Shown here piece after piece: positions 44,016-53,886 of a stretch of DNA of 64,000 nucleotides (the first letter of the stretch is position 1; each line of letters opens with the position of its first letter). Under the pieces are notes generated by a model. That model saw nothing but the letters and a program-made list of their open reading frames with translations. It made no database searches and had not been told where the DNA came from. The stretch spans positions 87,897-151,896 of the forward strand of contig QGON01000065.1 in assembly GCA_003660235.1 (NCBI GenBank), read 5' to 3'. This DNA is from a bacterium endosymbiont of Escarpia laminata (GTDB taxonomy: Bacteria > Pseudomonadota > Gammaproteobacteria > Chromatiales > Chromatiaceae). Position numbers and translations under genes: made by a program.

Positions 44016-45289
44016 TGCTCATCGCGGTGGGTCTCATCCTGGTCGCCCTGTTCGGCGCCCCGCTGTTTGCCGTCATCGGCGCCAGCGCCCTGATCGGCTT
44101 TCACCAATCTGAGATCGACCTCTCCGTGGTCGCCATCGAGTTTTACCGCATCGCCGAGATGCCGGTGCTGCTGGCGATCCCGCTCTTCACCTTCGCTGGA
44201 TATCTGCTAAGCGAAAGCAATGCCCCTCACCGGTTGGTGCGCGTCACTCAGACGCTGCTGGGATGGATGCCCGGCGGACTCGCCTTCGTGGCGCTGATCG
44301 CCTGCGCCCTCTTCACCGCCTTTACAGGCGCCTCCGGCGTCACTATCGTCGCCCTCGGCGCCCTGCTCTATCCGGCCCTCACTGAAGCGGGTTACCGGCA
44401 GAATTTCAGTCTGGGGCTGGTCACCACCTCCGGTAGCCTGGGACTGCTGTTCGCCCCGGCGTTACCGCTCATCCTATACGCCGTGGTGGCGCAGCAGCTC
44501 GGCATCGGCGGCTCCATCACCGTAGACGACATGTTCCTGGCCGGCATCCTGCCGGGGCTGTTGATGTTGCTGATTCTGGTGGCCTGGAGCCTCTGGTCGA
44601 GCCGCGGCGTCAAACTGACCACTTTTTCCAAGGCAGAGGCGTTGTCGGCCATCAGGGAAGCTGCCTGGGAGATTCCACTGCCGATCATCGTGCTCGGCGG
44701 CATCTACAGCGGCTATTTCGCCATCTCCGAAGCCGCTGCGGTCACCGCCTTCTATGTGCTTGTGGTCGAAGTCTTCATCCTTCGGGAGATCTCCCTGCGC
44801 AGGCTGCCACAGGTCATGCGCGAGGCGATGCTGCTGGTGGGCGGCATCCTGATCATCCTCGGCATGTCCCTGGCCTCCACCAACTATATGATCGACCAGG
44901 AGATTCCCGCCAAGCTTTTCGACTGGATCCGTGAACGGGTATCGGACCCGCTAACCTTCCTGATGCTGCTCAACCTCTTTCTGCTGGTGCTGGGCACCAT
45001 GCTCGACATCTTTTCGGCACTGGTGCTGATGGTGCCGCTGCTGCTGCCGGTAGCCCTCCAGTACGGCATAGACCCTGTACACCTCGGCATCATCTTCCTC
45101 GCCAACATGCAGATCGGCTACTTTACCCCACCAGTGGGCATGAACCTCTTTATCGCCAGCTACCGTTTCAACAAGCCAGTGACACAGATCTACCGCGCCA
45201 CCCTGCCCTGGTTCTTCCTCCTTTTCGGCGCGGTATTGATCATCACCTACTGGCCATCCCTCTCCCTGGCCCTGCTCGACCGGGGTTGA
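44015..45289 (+). CDS. dctM: TRAP large permease DctM
   Basis: Start moved to ATG 44015 (TAATG overlap with dctQ). LLAIPLFTFAG, GASGVTI, SEAAAV and TPPVGMNLF motifs. Confidence 0.92.
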   Translation: MLIAVGLILVALFGAPLFAVIGASALIGFHQSEIDLSVVAIEFYRIAEMPVLLAIPLFTFAGYLLSESNAPHRLVRVTQTLLGWMPGGLAFVALIACALFTAFTGASGVTIVALGALLYPALTEAGYRQNFSLGLVTTSGSLGLLFAPALPLILYAVVAQQLGIGGSITVDDMFLAGILPGLLMLLILVAWSLWSSRGVKLTTFSKAEALSAIREAAWEIPLPIIVLGGIYSGYFAISEAAAVTAFYVLVVEVFILREISLRRLPQVMREAMLLVGGILIILGMSLASTNYMIDQEIPAKLFDWIRERVSDPLTFLMLLNLFLLVLGTMLDIFSALVLMVPLLLPVALQYGIDPVHLGIIFLANMQIGYFTPPVGMNLFIASYRFNKPVTQIYRATLPWFFLLFGAVLIITYWPSLSLALLDRG

Positions 45290-46155
45290 GGCCAGAACCG
45301 GCTGCCCAGTTCAAAACCGAGCAGCCCAAACGCAATCAGCAGGGTACCGAACCAGACCCGGCCATCCACCAACTCTCCGTTAAACCACTGCCCGACCAGC
45401 AAAGCGATCACCGGCGTTATCAGGGTAATCAGTGCCACACGCATCGTCTCCACATGACGCAACAGATAGAAGTAGAGCGCAAAACCCAGCACCGACCCGA
45501 TGACCCCGAGGTAGACAATCGAGGAGATTACCCGCTCATCGACGTCAGTTGGCCATGTCTCGCCCTGCAGAAACCAGGTCAAGAGAAACAGCGGCACCGC
45601 AACCATCAGCCCACCGCTGGTGACCACCAGACCGTGTAGTTCAGCATTGATACGCTTCACCCATACCGCACTGGCAGAGTGCACGACGACTGAAAACAGT
45701 ACACCGATTACCCCCCAGGCCATCTGCACACCTTGGTCCAATCCGGCACTGAAGATCATTGCCAAACCGGAGAGTGCAATCAACACGGCAAGCAGGCGCA
45801 TTGGCGTCAACCCCTGCTCGGTCAACCAGAATCGGGCCATCAGTCCAGTCGCAATGGGGGTCAGACCAAACAGCACCGCAATCCAACCGGAAGGGATAAA
45901 CTGTGAGGCCCAGTAGACCGACAGCATCGCCACGAAGATGCCGAGACCGGCGGCCAGATAGGTGTGGCGCGCCACGCGATGCCAGGGCATGCGCAACCGC
46001 ATCAGCTGTACCAGCGCCAATGCCAGCACCACACCAATAACCATGCGCCCGGTAACACCGAACAGATACCCCACACCCTCACCACTCCACTTGATTGCAA
46101 GCGGTGTGGTGCCCCAGATCAGAATAACCCCCAGATAGGCGGCCGGCACGGACAT
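45247..46155 (-). CDS. EamA/DMT family transporter
   Basis: Ten TMs; starts MSVPAAYLGVILIWGTTPLAIKW with RBS GGAGG before ATG 46155. Confidence 0.9.
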   Translation of the reverse strand: MSVPAAYLGVILIWGTTPLAIKWSGEGVGYLFGVTGRMVIGVVLALALVQLMRLRMPWHRVARHTYLAAGLGIFVAMLSVYWASQFIPSGWIAVLFGLTPIATGLMARFWLTEQGLTPMRLLAVLIALSGLAMIFSAGLDQGVQMAWGVIGVLFSVVVHSASAVWVKRINAELHGLVVTSGGLMVAVPLFLLTWFLQGETWPTDVDERVISSIVYLGVIGSVLGFALYFYLLRHVETMRVALITLITPVIALLVGQWFNGELVDGRVWFGTLLIAFGLLGFELGSRFWPQPRSSRARERDGQ

Positions 46156-46181
46156 GACAAATTCCTCCAAATTATATTGCG

Positions 46182-46222
46182 CCAAACAAAAAAGGCCGCA
46201 GATGTTTCCATCTGCGGCCTTT
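46182..46222 (-). terminator. Intrinsic terminator in the EamA 5' leader
   Basis: Perfect 14-bp stem AAAGGCCGCAGATG/CATCTGCGGCCTTT with GAAA loop, followed by TTTGTTT on the minus strand, about 30 nt before the EamA start. Confidence 0.85.
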
Positions 46223-46354
46223 CGGAATCTTGCTTATTCAGTAGATCAATCGCTGATCTTTTCCTCCAGACACGCAGACGGCATGACCACCGCCCAAAGG
46301 GACAGTCGGCGCATGACGAACAGATGTTTAACGTGTAAAGGAATCATGGAAGAC

Positions 46355-46383
46355 AGCATGCCCCGCTATTACAGCGCCGTCAA
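46355..46383 (-). promoter_or_regulatory. Putative sigma70 promoter of the EamA leader
   Basis: TTGACG-17 nt-CATGCT on the minus strand. Confidence 0.5.
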
Positions 46384-46387
46384 CGGC

Positions 46388-46570
46388 TTATTTTTTATTC
46401 CGGCGTTTCCAGAGCCCCACGCCAATCGTAGTGAGACCCAGGGCGAAACCGGTGGAAAGCGCCATGCGCGCCAGCCACTCCGGCCAGGCCGGATTTGGGG
46501 TTATCAGGGCAAAAACACCGATGATGATGAGCCAGAATGAGAGCTTGCCGAGTAGGGCTGATTTCAGCAA
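46388..46570 (-). CDS. Small hypothetical membrane protein (2 TMs)
   Basis: RBS GGAGG then TTG: (M)LKSALLGKLSFWLIIIGVFALITPNPAWPEW...GLWKRRNKK. Confidence 0.65.
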   Translation of the reverse strand: MLKSALLGKLSFWLIIIGVFALITPNPAWPEWLARMALSTGFALGLTTIGVGLWKRRNKK

Positions 46571-46744
46571 ATACCTATCCTCCAATATCACTGACAATGA
46601 CAGGGTCACTCATTCGCAATTGAGCGACTTCATCACTGCATCCAGAGTTATTTTGAACGCGTCTTGCAAAGCTAACACAAACAGAAAATTTTTTAGTGGA
46701 GGATAGCACTGCACAGAACAAGAAAAATAGACACACTAATTTTC

Positions 46745-46771
46745 TAAAGTATTTACCAAGCCAGCCGAAAG
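46745..46771 (+). promoter_or_regulatory. Sigma28 (FliA) promoter
   Basis: TAAA-N15-GCCGAAAG against consensus TAAA-N15-GCCGATAA, upstream of a chemoreceptor gene. Confidence 0.65.
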
Positions 46772-46855
46772 GCGCATAGAGAGATGCATTTTCCAAGAAT
46801 CTTGGATTTCTCAAGTACACCTCAATCAATACCAATAACAAATTACCAAAGGGAT

Positions 46856-48517
46856 ATGGTTATGAATATTCTAAATAACTTAACGATCAAAACCCGCCTG
46901 ATCTTTCTGGTCGGTTTTGCGGCGGTTTCGATGGTGATCATCAGCCTGCTTGGCATCAACGCCATGCACCATGCCGAAGCGTCTCTAAAGACGGTCTATG
47001 AAGACCGGCTGATACCCACAGGCCAGATCAGCCAGATCATTGAGCTGATGCGGGAGAACCGCAGTCAGCTACTGTTTGCACTACAACACAAACCAGGCTC
47101 GGAAACGGCACCCTTTCATAAGCACGACGTAACCCGGCATACCGACAAAGTTTACAAAAACATCGATGAGATCACCCGGATTTGGAAGGCATACATGGCC
47201 ACCTACCTAACCCCAGACGAGAAAGTGTTGGCTGCTGAGTTTACCAAAGCGCGGGTTCTCTTCGCTAATGAAGGGCTGAAGCCTGTGATGATTTTTTTAA
47301 AGGAGGAGAACTACCTGAAAGCGGCCCTCCATTTGGCGGAAACCACCAATCCTACTTTCAAATCAGCTCATGAGCCGGCAGAAAAACTTTTGCAGCTGCA
47401 ACTCGATGTCGCCAGGGCTGCCTACGATGAAGCAGTAGCGCGTGATCAGTGGGCGAGCAGTATCGCCATTGGTCTCCTGGTCATAGGCATCTCACTACTG
47501 AGTCTGCTGGCCTTTGTCACCATCCGGGGCATCACCAATGTTGTGGATCGGCTTAATGTGGCTGCAGAACAGATGGCAGCTGGAGATTTGACCGTACGTT
47601 GTGAACATCACTCCAAGGATGAACTGGGCCAGGTCGCAGCCGCCTTCAACAGAATAGGTGAAAAGTTTCACTCTGTGATTCAAAAACTAACGGAATCCAC
47701 CATCCAACTTGCATCTGCGTCGGAACAGGCTGCGACGATCACGGACGAAACCAGCAGCCGTATCCGGCAGCAGCAGTCTGAAACCGAACAGGTGGCAACC
47801 GCCATGAACGAGATGACCTCCACTGTACAGGAGGTGGCGCGTAATGCTTCTGTCGCAGACCAGGCGGCTCAGGAGGCAGATGTCAAAGCATATGAGGGCA
47901 TTCAAGTCACCGCAAAGGCACTGACAGCGACGCGCAATCTGGCAAACGAGATGCAACAAGCCGCCGAGGCGGTGCGCGTACTGGAAGTGGAAAGCGACAA
48001 CATCGGGGGCGTCCTTGATGTGATTCGGGGAATTGCCGAGCAGACCAATCTGCTGGCGCTCAATGCCGCCATCGAAGCGGCCCGCGCCGGTGAACAGGGA
48101 CGGGGGTTTGCGGTGGTAGCCGATGAAGTGCGCACCCTGGCGGGACGCACCCAGGAATCGACACAGGAGATCCAGGGCATGATCGAGCGGCTGCAGCAGG
48201 GGGCTAAAGGGGCCACGCGGGTGATGGAACAGGGGCAATCCAAAGCGCAGGACACGCTTGAGCAGGTGGAACAGGCGGATCACACCCTGAAAGAGATCAA
48301 CCTGTCAGTCGCGCGCATCAAGGAGATGAATACACAGATCGCCACGGCGGCGGAAGAACAGGGTGCGGTGGCCGAAGAGATCAACCGCAATGTGGTGGCG
48401 ATCAATGACCTTTCGTATCAATCAGCGCAGGGCGCGGATCAAACAGCTGTGGCCAGTAGCGAACAGGCCCGCCTGGCAGTGGGCCTGCAGACAATGGCCA
48501 ACAGATTCAGGGTCTGA
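46856..48517 (+). CDS. Methyl-accepting chemotaxis protein (Tar-like ligand-binding domain, HAMP)
   Basis: Two TMs, HAMP and [34 protein letters not shown]; start at ATG 46856 or 46862. Confidence 0.93.
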   Translation: MVMNILNNLTIKTRLIFLVGFAAVSMVIISLLGINAMHHAEASLKTVYEDRLIPTGQISQIIELMRENRSQLLFALQHKPGSETAPFHKHDVTRHTDKVYKNIDEITRIWKAYMATYLTPDEKVLAAEFTKARVLFANEGLKPVMIFLKEENYLKAALHLAETTNPTFKSAHEPAEKLLQLQLDVARAAYDEAVARDQWASSIAIGLLVIGISLLSLLAFVTIRGITNVVDRLNVAAEQMAAGDLTVRCEHHSKDELGQVAAAFNRIGEKFHSVIQKLTESTIQLASASEQAATITDETSSRIRQQQSETEQVATAMNEMTSTVQEVARNASVADQAAQEADVKAYEGIQVTAKALTATRNLANEMQQAAEAVRVLEVESDNIGGVLDVIRGIAEQTNLLALNAAIEAARAGEQGRGFAVVADEVRTLAGRTQESTQEIQGMIERLQQGAKGATRVMEQGQSKAQDTLEQVEQADHTLKEINLSVARIKEMNTQIATAAEEQGAVAEEINRNVVAINDLSYQSAQGADQTAVASSEQARLAVGLQTMANRFRV

Positions 48518-48518
48518 C

Positions 48519-48635
48519 AAGGGAGTCAATCAAGATGTAAATCAGGCGTTGGGAAAAGGCGTTGGAGTGGATGCGTATGTGCCGAAATTTGAACCTCTTG
48601 AGTTGGCGAAGACGCTGGATGAATTACTGTCTTGA
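48519..48635 (+). pseudogene. cheV: cheV remnant (RBS plus last approx. 33 codons)
   Basis: Start-less frame DVNQALGKGVGVDAYVPKFEPLELAKTLDELLS* matches the CheV receiver C-terminus. It is preceded by RBS AAGGGAG and an out-of-frame ATG-TAA. Confidence 0.7.
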
Positions 48636-48705
48636 CCTCGCATATCGGAAACAGTTATTCCCGATCAAAGGAATATTTATTCGCAAAATTAAAGGAACAT
48701 GAAGT

Positions 48706-51096
48706 ATGAAACAGTTATTAGGATCCCTGCGAATCAATCTCAAAATCTGGTTGGGATTTGGGCTGGTACTATCAGTATTGGCCGTCATATCTTCTTTGAC
48801 GCTGGTCAGCCTGAGCGGCGTAGAGGGACGAGTCACTGAAGTGGTGGAGGCGCGTCAACCTACCCTCATACTCTCCAAAGAGTTGGCAACCCAACTGCAG
48901 CAGTCAGCAAGTGCGCTGGGATTCTATCTCCTCAGCAAGGAGGAGACTCATAAGACCGCCTACCAGCAAGGGCTTGCCCGGGTGGATAAAGTGATCGCCT
49001 CGTTGAAACAGTTACCTGCCATTGACAAGGATACAGAGGCCCTGGCACTGGTAGAAGCGATCAATACCGACGTGCAGCGTTTCCGCGCTCTTGAGGCTGG
49101 CCTGTTTGAAGCGGCAGCCAATTCCGAGAAGAATTTCCCCGGCATCGCCTTCGCCAATGCCAACATCAACCCCATTACCCGAACCATGGCACAGCTCACC
49201 TCGCAGATGATTTTATCCGAACTGGAGGAAGAGTCTGATGAGATGCGCAAACAGCTTCTGGCCGATATCGCCGATCTGCGCTACGTCTGGAGCAATGTGA
49301 TGAACGGTATTCGTGGTTACCTGGCGTTTCGGAGTGAATCCGCGCTAACGGATATGGAACTGTATATTCAACAAGCAGACAAATTGGTCGTGAAAATTTC
49401 CGGCTATGGAGATGAATTGACGCTGGATCAGGCAGATGCGTTGGAACAGATCAAGGCGGGAACGCCGCTCTTCAAGGAGCATTTGAAGCAGTTACACACC
49501 ATCCATGGCAGTCAAAAATGGCGTACCGATGCCTGGTTGATACGCAGTGAAATCGGTCCGCTGTTCAGGGACATAGAAGCTAAACTGGATACCCTGGTAA
49601 AAGAACAGGAATACAAGATTAAACAGACCAGTAATGCCCTGCTGGCTGATGCCTCGGGTACAACCCGGCTTGTCTGGGCATTGTCTGCTTTTGGCCTGTT
49701 GGTCGGTTTGCTGATCGCCTGGATTATCGCCCGGGTGATCTGCAAGCCGTTGCGGCATGCTGCGGCTACCATGAATGAAATTGCCTGTGGGGATGGTGAC
49801 CTGACACGCCGCCTGTTTAAATGTGGCGATGACGAGATTGGTCAGCTGGCCGATAGTTTTAATGCCTTTGCCGACAAGATCCGGGATCTGGTCGGTGAAG
49901 CTGCACGTTCTACCAGCGGAGTGATCGCGGCAGTGACACAGACTGAGGAAAAAACCAGCCAGATCACGCGCCGGATTTGTCAGCAGGAAACCGTTACAGA
50001 ACAAGTAGCCACCGCCATGAATGAGATGACAGCAACCATTGTCGATGTTGCCAAAAATGCCGCAACGGCTGAAAGAGCGGCACAGGCGGCAGGGAAAGAG
50101 GCGAGTGCCGGGCGCGATATTGTCGCTGAAACTGCCGACGCCATCCAGTCGCTTGCGACCGAAGTGCGAACTGCTGAATCGGTAATTGGACAGGTTGAAG
50201 CGGACAGCAAAAATATCGGCGCGGTGCTGGACGTGATCAAAAGCATTGCCGAACAGACCAACCTGCTGGCGCTCAATGCGGCCATCGAGGCGGCCCGTGC
50301 CGGCGAGCATGGACGGGGTTTTGCCGTGGTTGCGGATGAGGTTCGCAGTCTGGCCAACCGGACGCAGGAATCGACGGGTGAAATCGAGGCGATGATCCAG
50401 CGCCTGCAAACCGGCACACACCGTGCGGTTTCCGTGATGGGCGCAGGCCGGGAAAAAGCCGAGACCAACGTCGAGCAGGCTAGACAAACACTTGAATCCT
50501 TGCAAAGGATCACTGAGGCGATCAGCACCATCAACACCATGAACACCCAGATTGCCACGGCTTCAGCTCAACAGCGCACCGTTGCTGAGGAGATCAGTTT
50601 TAACATCGCCAACATCAGCAAGGTCAGCAAGGAAACAGCTCAGGATGCCCGTTTGACGACAGAAATTACGGATAGACTGGGCAATCTGGCCGCAGAACTC
50701 CAGGGTAACATTCAGCAGTTTACGATTGCAGGTGGGAAGCATTTGGATTTTGAGTCCGCTAAGTCCGCTCATTTAGCCTGGAAGGCCCGGCTGCGGGCTT
50801 TCCTCGACGGCAGAGAGTCGCTCTCTCACAAAGAAGCGGTATCGCATCACGATTGCGTGTTGGGTAAATGGTATTATTCTGAAGGGATCAAGACCTATGG
50901 TGATATCCCACAGGTGAAAGCGATAGATAAACCCCATGCGGAGATGCATCGCATCATCAAGGATATCGTCACGCTGAAGGAGAAGGGGCAAACGGCTGAT
51001 GCGGAGACTCTATATCAAAAGGTCGGACCACTTTCCGATGAAATCATTGGGCTACTGGGAAGGGCCGAGGTCGTGATTCTGGATCGTGGATCTTAA
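48706..51096 (+). CDS. Methyl-accepting chemotaxis protein with C-terminal CZB domain
   Basis: Large periplasmic domain, HAMP, MCP hairpin, then HLAWK...[12 protein letters not shown]...HAEMH. Confidence 0.92.
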   Translation: MKQLLGSLRINLKIWLGFGLVLSVLAVISSLTLVSLSGVEGRVTEVVEARQPTLILSKELATQLQQSASALGFYLLSKEETHKTAYQQGLARVDKVIASLKQLPAIDKDTEALALVEAINTDVQRFRALEAGLFEAAANSEKNFPGIAFANANINPITRTMAQLTSQMILSELEEESDEMRKQLLADIADLRYVWSNVMNGIRGYLAFRSESALTDMELYIQQADKLVVKISGYGDELTLDQADALEQIKAGTPLFKEHLKQLHTIHGSQKWRTDAWLIRSEIGPLFRDIEAKLDTLVKEQEYKIKQTSNALLADASGTTRLVWALSAFGLLVGLLIAWIIARVICKPLRHAAATMNEIACGDGDLTRRLFKCGDDEIGQLADSFNAFADKIRDLVGEAARSTSGVIAAVTQTEEKTSQITRRICQQETVTEQVATAMNEMTATIVDVAKNAATAERAAQAAGKEASAGRDIVAETADAIQSLATEVRTAESVIGQVEADSKNIGAVLDVIKSIAEQTNLLALNAAIEAARAGEHGRGFAVVADEVRSLANRTQESTGEIEAMIQRLQTGTHRAVSVMGAGREKAETNVEQARQTLESLQRITEAISTINTMNTQIATASAQQRTVAEEISFNIANISKVSKETAQDARLTTEITDRLGNLAAELQGNIQQFTIAGGKHLDFESAKSAHLAWKARLRAFLDGRESLSHKEAVSHHDCVLGKWYYSEGIKTYGDIPQVKAIDKPHAEMHRIIKDIVTLKEKGQTADAETLYQKVGPLSDEIIGLLGRAEVVILDRGS

Positions 51097-51213
51097 ATTT
51101 TATCGCAACGGTAGTTGACCTGCTTCAGGCTACGAGTAGTCTGTTGGAAAAGATGGCACGCCAGTGTCATATTTCTCTCTGAAGGCAGGGCAAATTTGTC
51201 ATGAGAGAATAAC

Positions 51214-53886
51214 GTGTCGGGTCATCGCTTGGAAGGGACGGATCGATCAGTGCAGTACGATGTCAAATCCTGGTTTATCGGCTTGGCGGCTGCATGGACA
51301 TTGTGCATCCTGAGCGCCCTTGCCTGGGGTGTCCACCATGAGTACCAAGATATTCAGGAGCAGGCTCGAACCCAACTACGCACCAATTTCTTCAAGGATC
51401 TCGCCTTCCGGCGCTGGGGCGCCAAACACGGCGGCGTCTATGTACCGGTTACCGAACAGACCCAACCCGATCCACTATTGGCGGACTATCCGGAACGGGA
51501 TGTGACCACTCCGTCCGGACGTCTCCTGACCCTGATCAATCCGGCTTTGATGACACGCCGGTTCTACGAACTGGTCGATGAGGGTGACACGGGGGTACGT
51601 GGCCATATCAGCGGACTAAGGCCGTTAAACCCGGCAAACAAGCCAGATACCTGGGAGGCCGAGGCGATGGAGGCCTTCAAAGGCGGAGCCAGGGAGGTCA
51701 CCGCTGTCACAGCGTTGGATGGGCAACCCTATCTGCGTCTGATTCGGCCATTGATGATGACGAAGCCCTGCCTCAAATGCCATATTCAACAGGGTTTCAA
51801 ACTGGATGATCTCAGTGGCGCTATCAGCGTATCTATACCCATGGCCCGGCTTGAAGAGGAGGCCAGACATCATACACAGGTAATGATAGCCATACTTGTT
51901 ACGATCTGGCTGGTTGGTATGGCCGGTTTGGGGATGGGTTACCGCCGTCAGTCCCTGCATATCCGGGAACGGGAACAGGCGGAATGCAATCTGCGGGAAA
52001 GTGAGAAAAAGATCCGGCAGGATTACCACTCGCAGAGGGTGCTCTCCTCTATTCTCAAAATCTCCATGCAGTCCGTTCCATTGAAGGAGAAGTTGAAGCA
52101 ATCCCTCGATCAGATACTTTCCATCCCTTGGTTCCACATTCAGAAGAAAGGCTGCATCTTTCTTGTAGAGGGCGACGATCCTTCGTTGATAATGCAGGCA
52201 CAGCGGGGATTATCAAAATCCCTGCAAACGGCTTGCGCAACGGTGCCTTTCGGAAAATGTCTTTGTGGTCGTGCAGCACAGAGTGATGAAATAATCTTTA
52301 CGGATTGCGTGGATGAGCAACATCTGAATACCGGTTTACCAATGGCAGACCACGGCCACTACTGCGTTCCCATTCTCTCCAACGATAGAACCATCGGCAT
52401 ATTGAATCTCTATGTTGAAGCGCACCACCGGAAAAGCGAGGATGAAGTCCAGTTTCTAATGGCTGTAACCCACGTGCTGGCAGGTATGATCATGCAAGAT
52501 CAGGCTGAACAGGAGCTGCAGCAACATGCCTTTTACGATGTTTTGACCAAACTACCGAACCGGGCTCTGTTCATGGAGCGGTTGGATCGTTTGATACAGC
52601 ATTCTAAGCGGCATCCTGACAGCCTGTTTGCGGTTCTTTTCCTGGATCTTGACCGGTTTAAAAATATTAATGACAGCCTCGGTCATACGGCAGGTGATCA
52701 ACTGCTGATCGTTGCATCGGAACGGCTGCAGGCATGCATTCGCCCCAGTGATACGGTGGCACGTCTGGGGGGTGACGAATTCATCATTCTGCTGGATGAG
52801 ATCGATGACGTCGCCGAACCCTATCGTATCGCCGGTCGCATACATGAGATGTTTAAACGCCCATTTGAATTGGCGGGACACGAGGTCTTTTCCACCACCA
52901 GCGTGGGTATTGCCCTCGCCAAGCCGAATGGTCAGGATGCGGAGAAACTGCTACGCAACGCTGATAGCGCGATGTACCGTGCCAAGAACCAGGGCTCTGG
53001 GCAGACTGCAGTGTTCGACAGCGAAATGCATGCACAGGCAATCATGCTGCTGAACAAAGAGATAGATCTGCGCCAGGCGGTGGAAAATGAAGCATTGCAG
53101 GTCCATTATCAGCCTATTATCGGCATAGAGTCAGACCGTCTTGTCGGTTTCGAAGCCCTCGCCCGTTGGGATCATCCAATATACGGCATGGTTTCACCGG
53201 ATGAGTTCATCTGGATCGCTGAAGAGAGTGGTTTGATCCAAGCACTTGGAGCGCAGATATTAGGCAAGGCCTGCCGGCAGATGCAGCGATGGATTAGCCA
53301 ATCCCCCTCCCAGGCTGACCTGTACGTGAGCGTCAACCTTTCACTGAAACAGGTTCTTTTCCCCGGGTATATCGATTGGTTGGAGAATGTACTGCGGGAA
53401 ACGGGGTTGCCGCCCAAAAGCTTGAGACTTGAGATCACCGAGAGCATTCTGATGGAGGATGTGGAAACCACTTGCGCTATCCTCGACCAGATCAAGCAAC
53501 TCGGAGTAGGCCTCTATATCGATGATTTTGGCACCGGCTACTCATCGATGAGCTACCTGCACCGTTTTCCGTTCGACGCACTGAAGGTTGACCGCTCCTT
53601 CGTATCAAACATCGGCAAGGGTACTCAATATGCCGACCTGATAGGGGGCATCATTGCCGTCGCAAAAAGTTTCAGAATGGATGTAATTGCCGAGGGAGTG
53701 GAGAGGCAGGAGCAGTTGGAAAAACTTCAGGAACTGGGTTGCAACAGCGTTCAAGGCTATATCTTCTCTCCACCTGTAACGTCGAAAGAAGCCGAGAAGT
53801 TGTTGACCAGGAAATCAGGTTGGATGGTACCGGCCCCCACTGGAACCGGTACCAAACATCATTCTCAGCCTTTCAGATTGGCCTGA
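51214..53886 (+). CDS. DUF3365/Tll0287-like heme-c sensor-GAF-GGDEF-EAL protein
   Basis: Periplasmic CLKCH, GAF (CLCGRAA), RPSDTVARLGGDEF and EALARW. Confidence 0.88.
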   Translation: MSGHRLEGTDRSVQYDVKSWFIGLAAAWTLCILSALAWGVHHEYQDIQEQARTQLRTNFFKDLAFRRWGAKHGGVYVPVTEQTQPDPLLADYPERDVTTPSGRLLTLINPALMTRRFYELVDEGDTGVRGHISGLRPLNPANKPDTWEAEAMEAFKGGAREVTAVTALDGQPYLRLIRPLMMTKPCLKCHIQQGFKLDDLSGAISVSIPMARLEEEARHHTQVMIAILVTIWLVGMAGLGMGYRRQSLHIREREQAECNLRESEKKIRQDYHSQRVLSSILKISMQSVPLKEKLKQSLDQILSIPWFHIQKKGCIFLVEGDDPSLIMQAQRGLSKSLQTACATVPFGKCLCGRAAQSDEIIFTDCVDEQHLNTGLPMADHGHYCVPILSNDRTIGILNLYVEAHHRKSEDEVQFLMAVTHVLAGMIMQDQAEQELQQHAFYDVLTKLPNRALFMERLDRLIQHSKRHPDSLFAVLFLDLDRFKNINDSLGHTAGDQLLIVASERLQACIRPSDTVARLGGDEFIILLDEIDDVAEPYRIAGRIHEMFKRPFELAGHEVFSTTSVGIALAKPNGQDAEKLLRNADSAMYRAKNQGSGQTAVFDSEMHAQAIMLLNKEIDLRQAVENEALQVHYQPIIGIESDRLVGFEALARWDHPIYGMVSPDEFIWIAEESGLIQALGAQILGKACRQMQRWISQSPSQADLYVSVNLSLKQVLFPGYIDWLENVLRETGLPPKSLRLEITESILMEDVETTCAILDQIKQLGVGLYIDDFGTGYSSMSYLHRFPFDALKVDRSFVSNIGKGTQYADLIGGIIAVAKSFRMDVIAEGVERQEQLEKLQELGCNSVQGYIFSPPVTSKEAEKLLTRKSGWMVPAPTGTGTKHHSQPFRLA

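Noticed and set aside
51157-51175. Sigma54 promoter TGGCAC upstream of the heme-c GGDEF/EAL gene
   Set aside because: The -12 element reads TGTC rather than TTGC.
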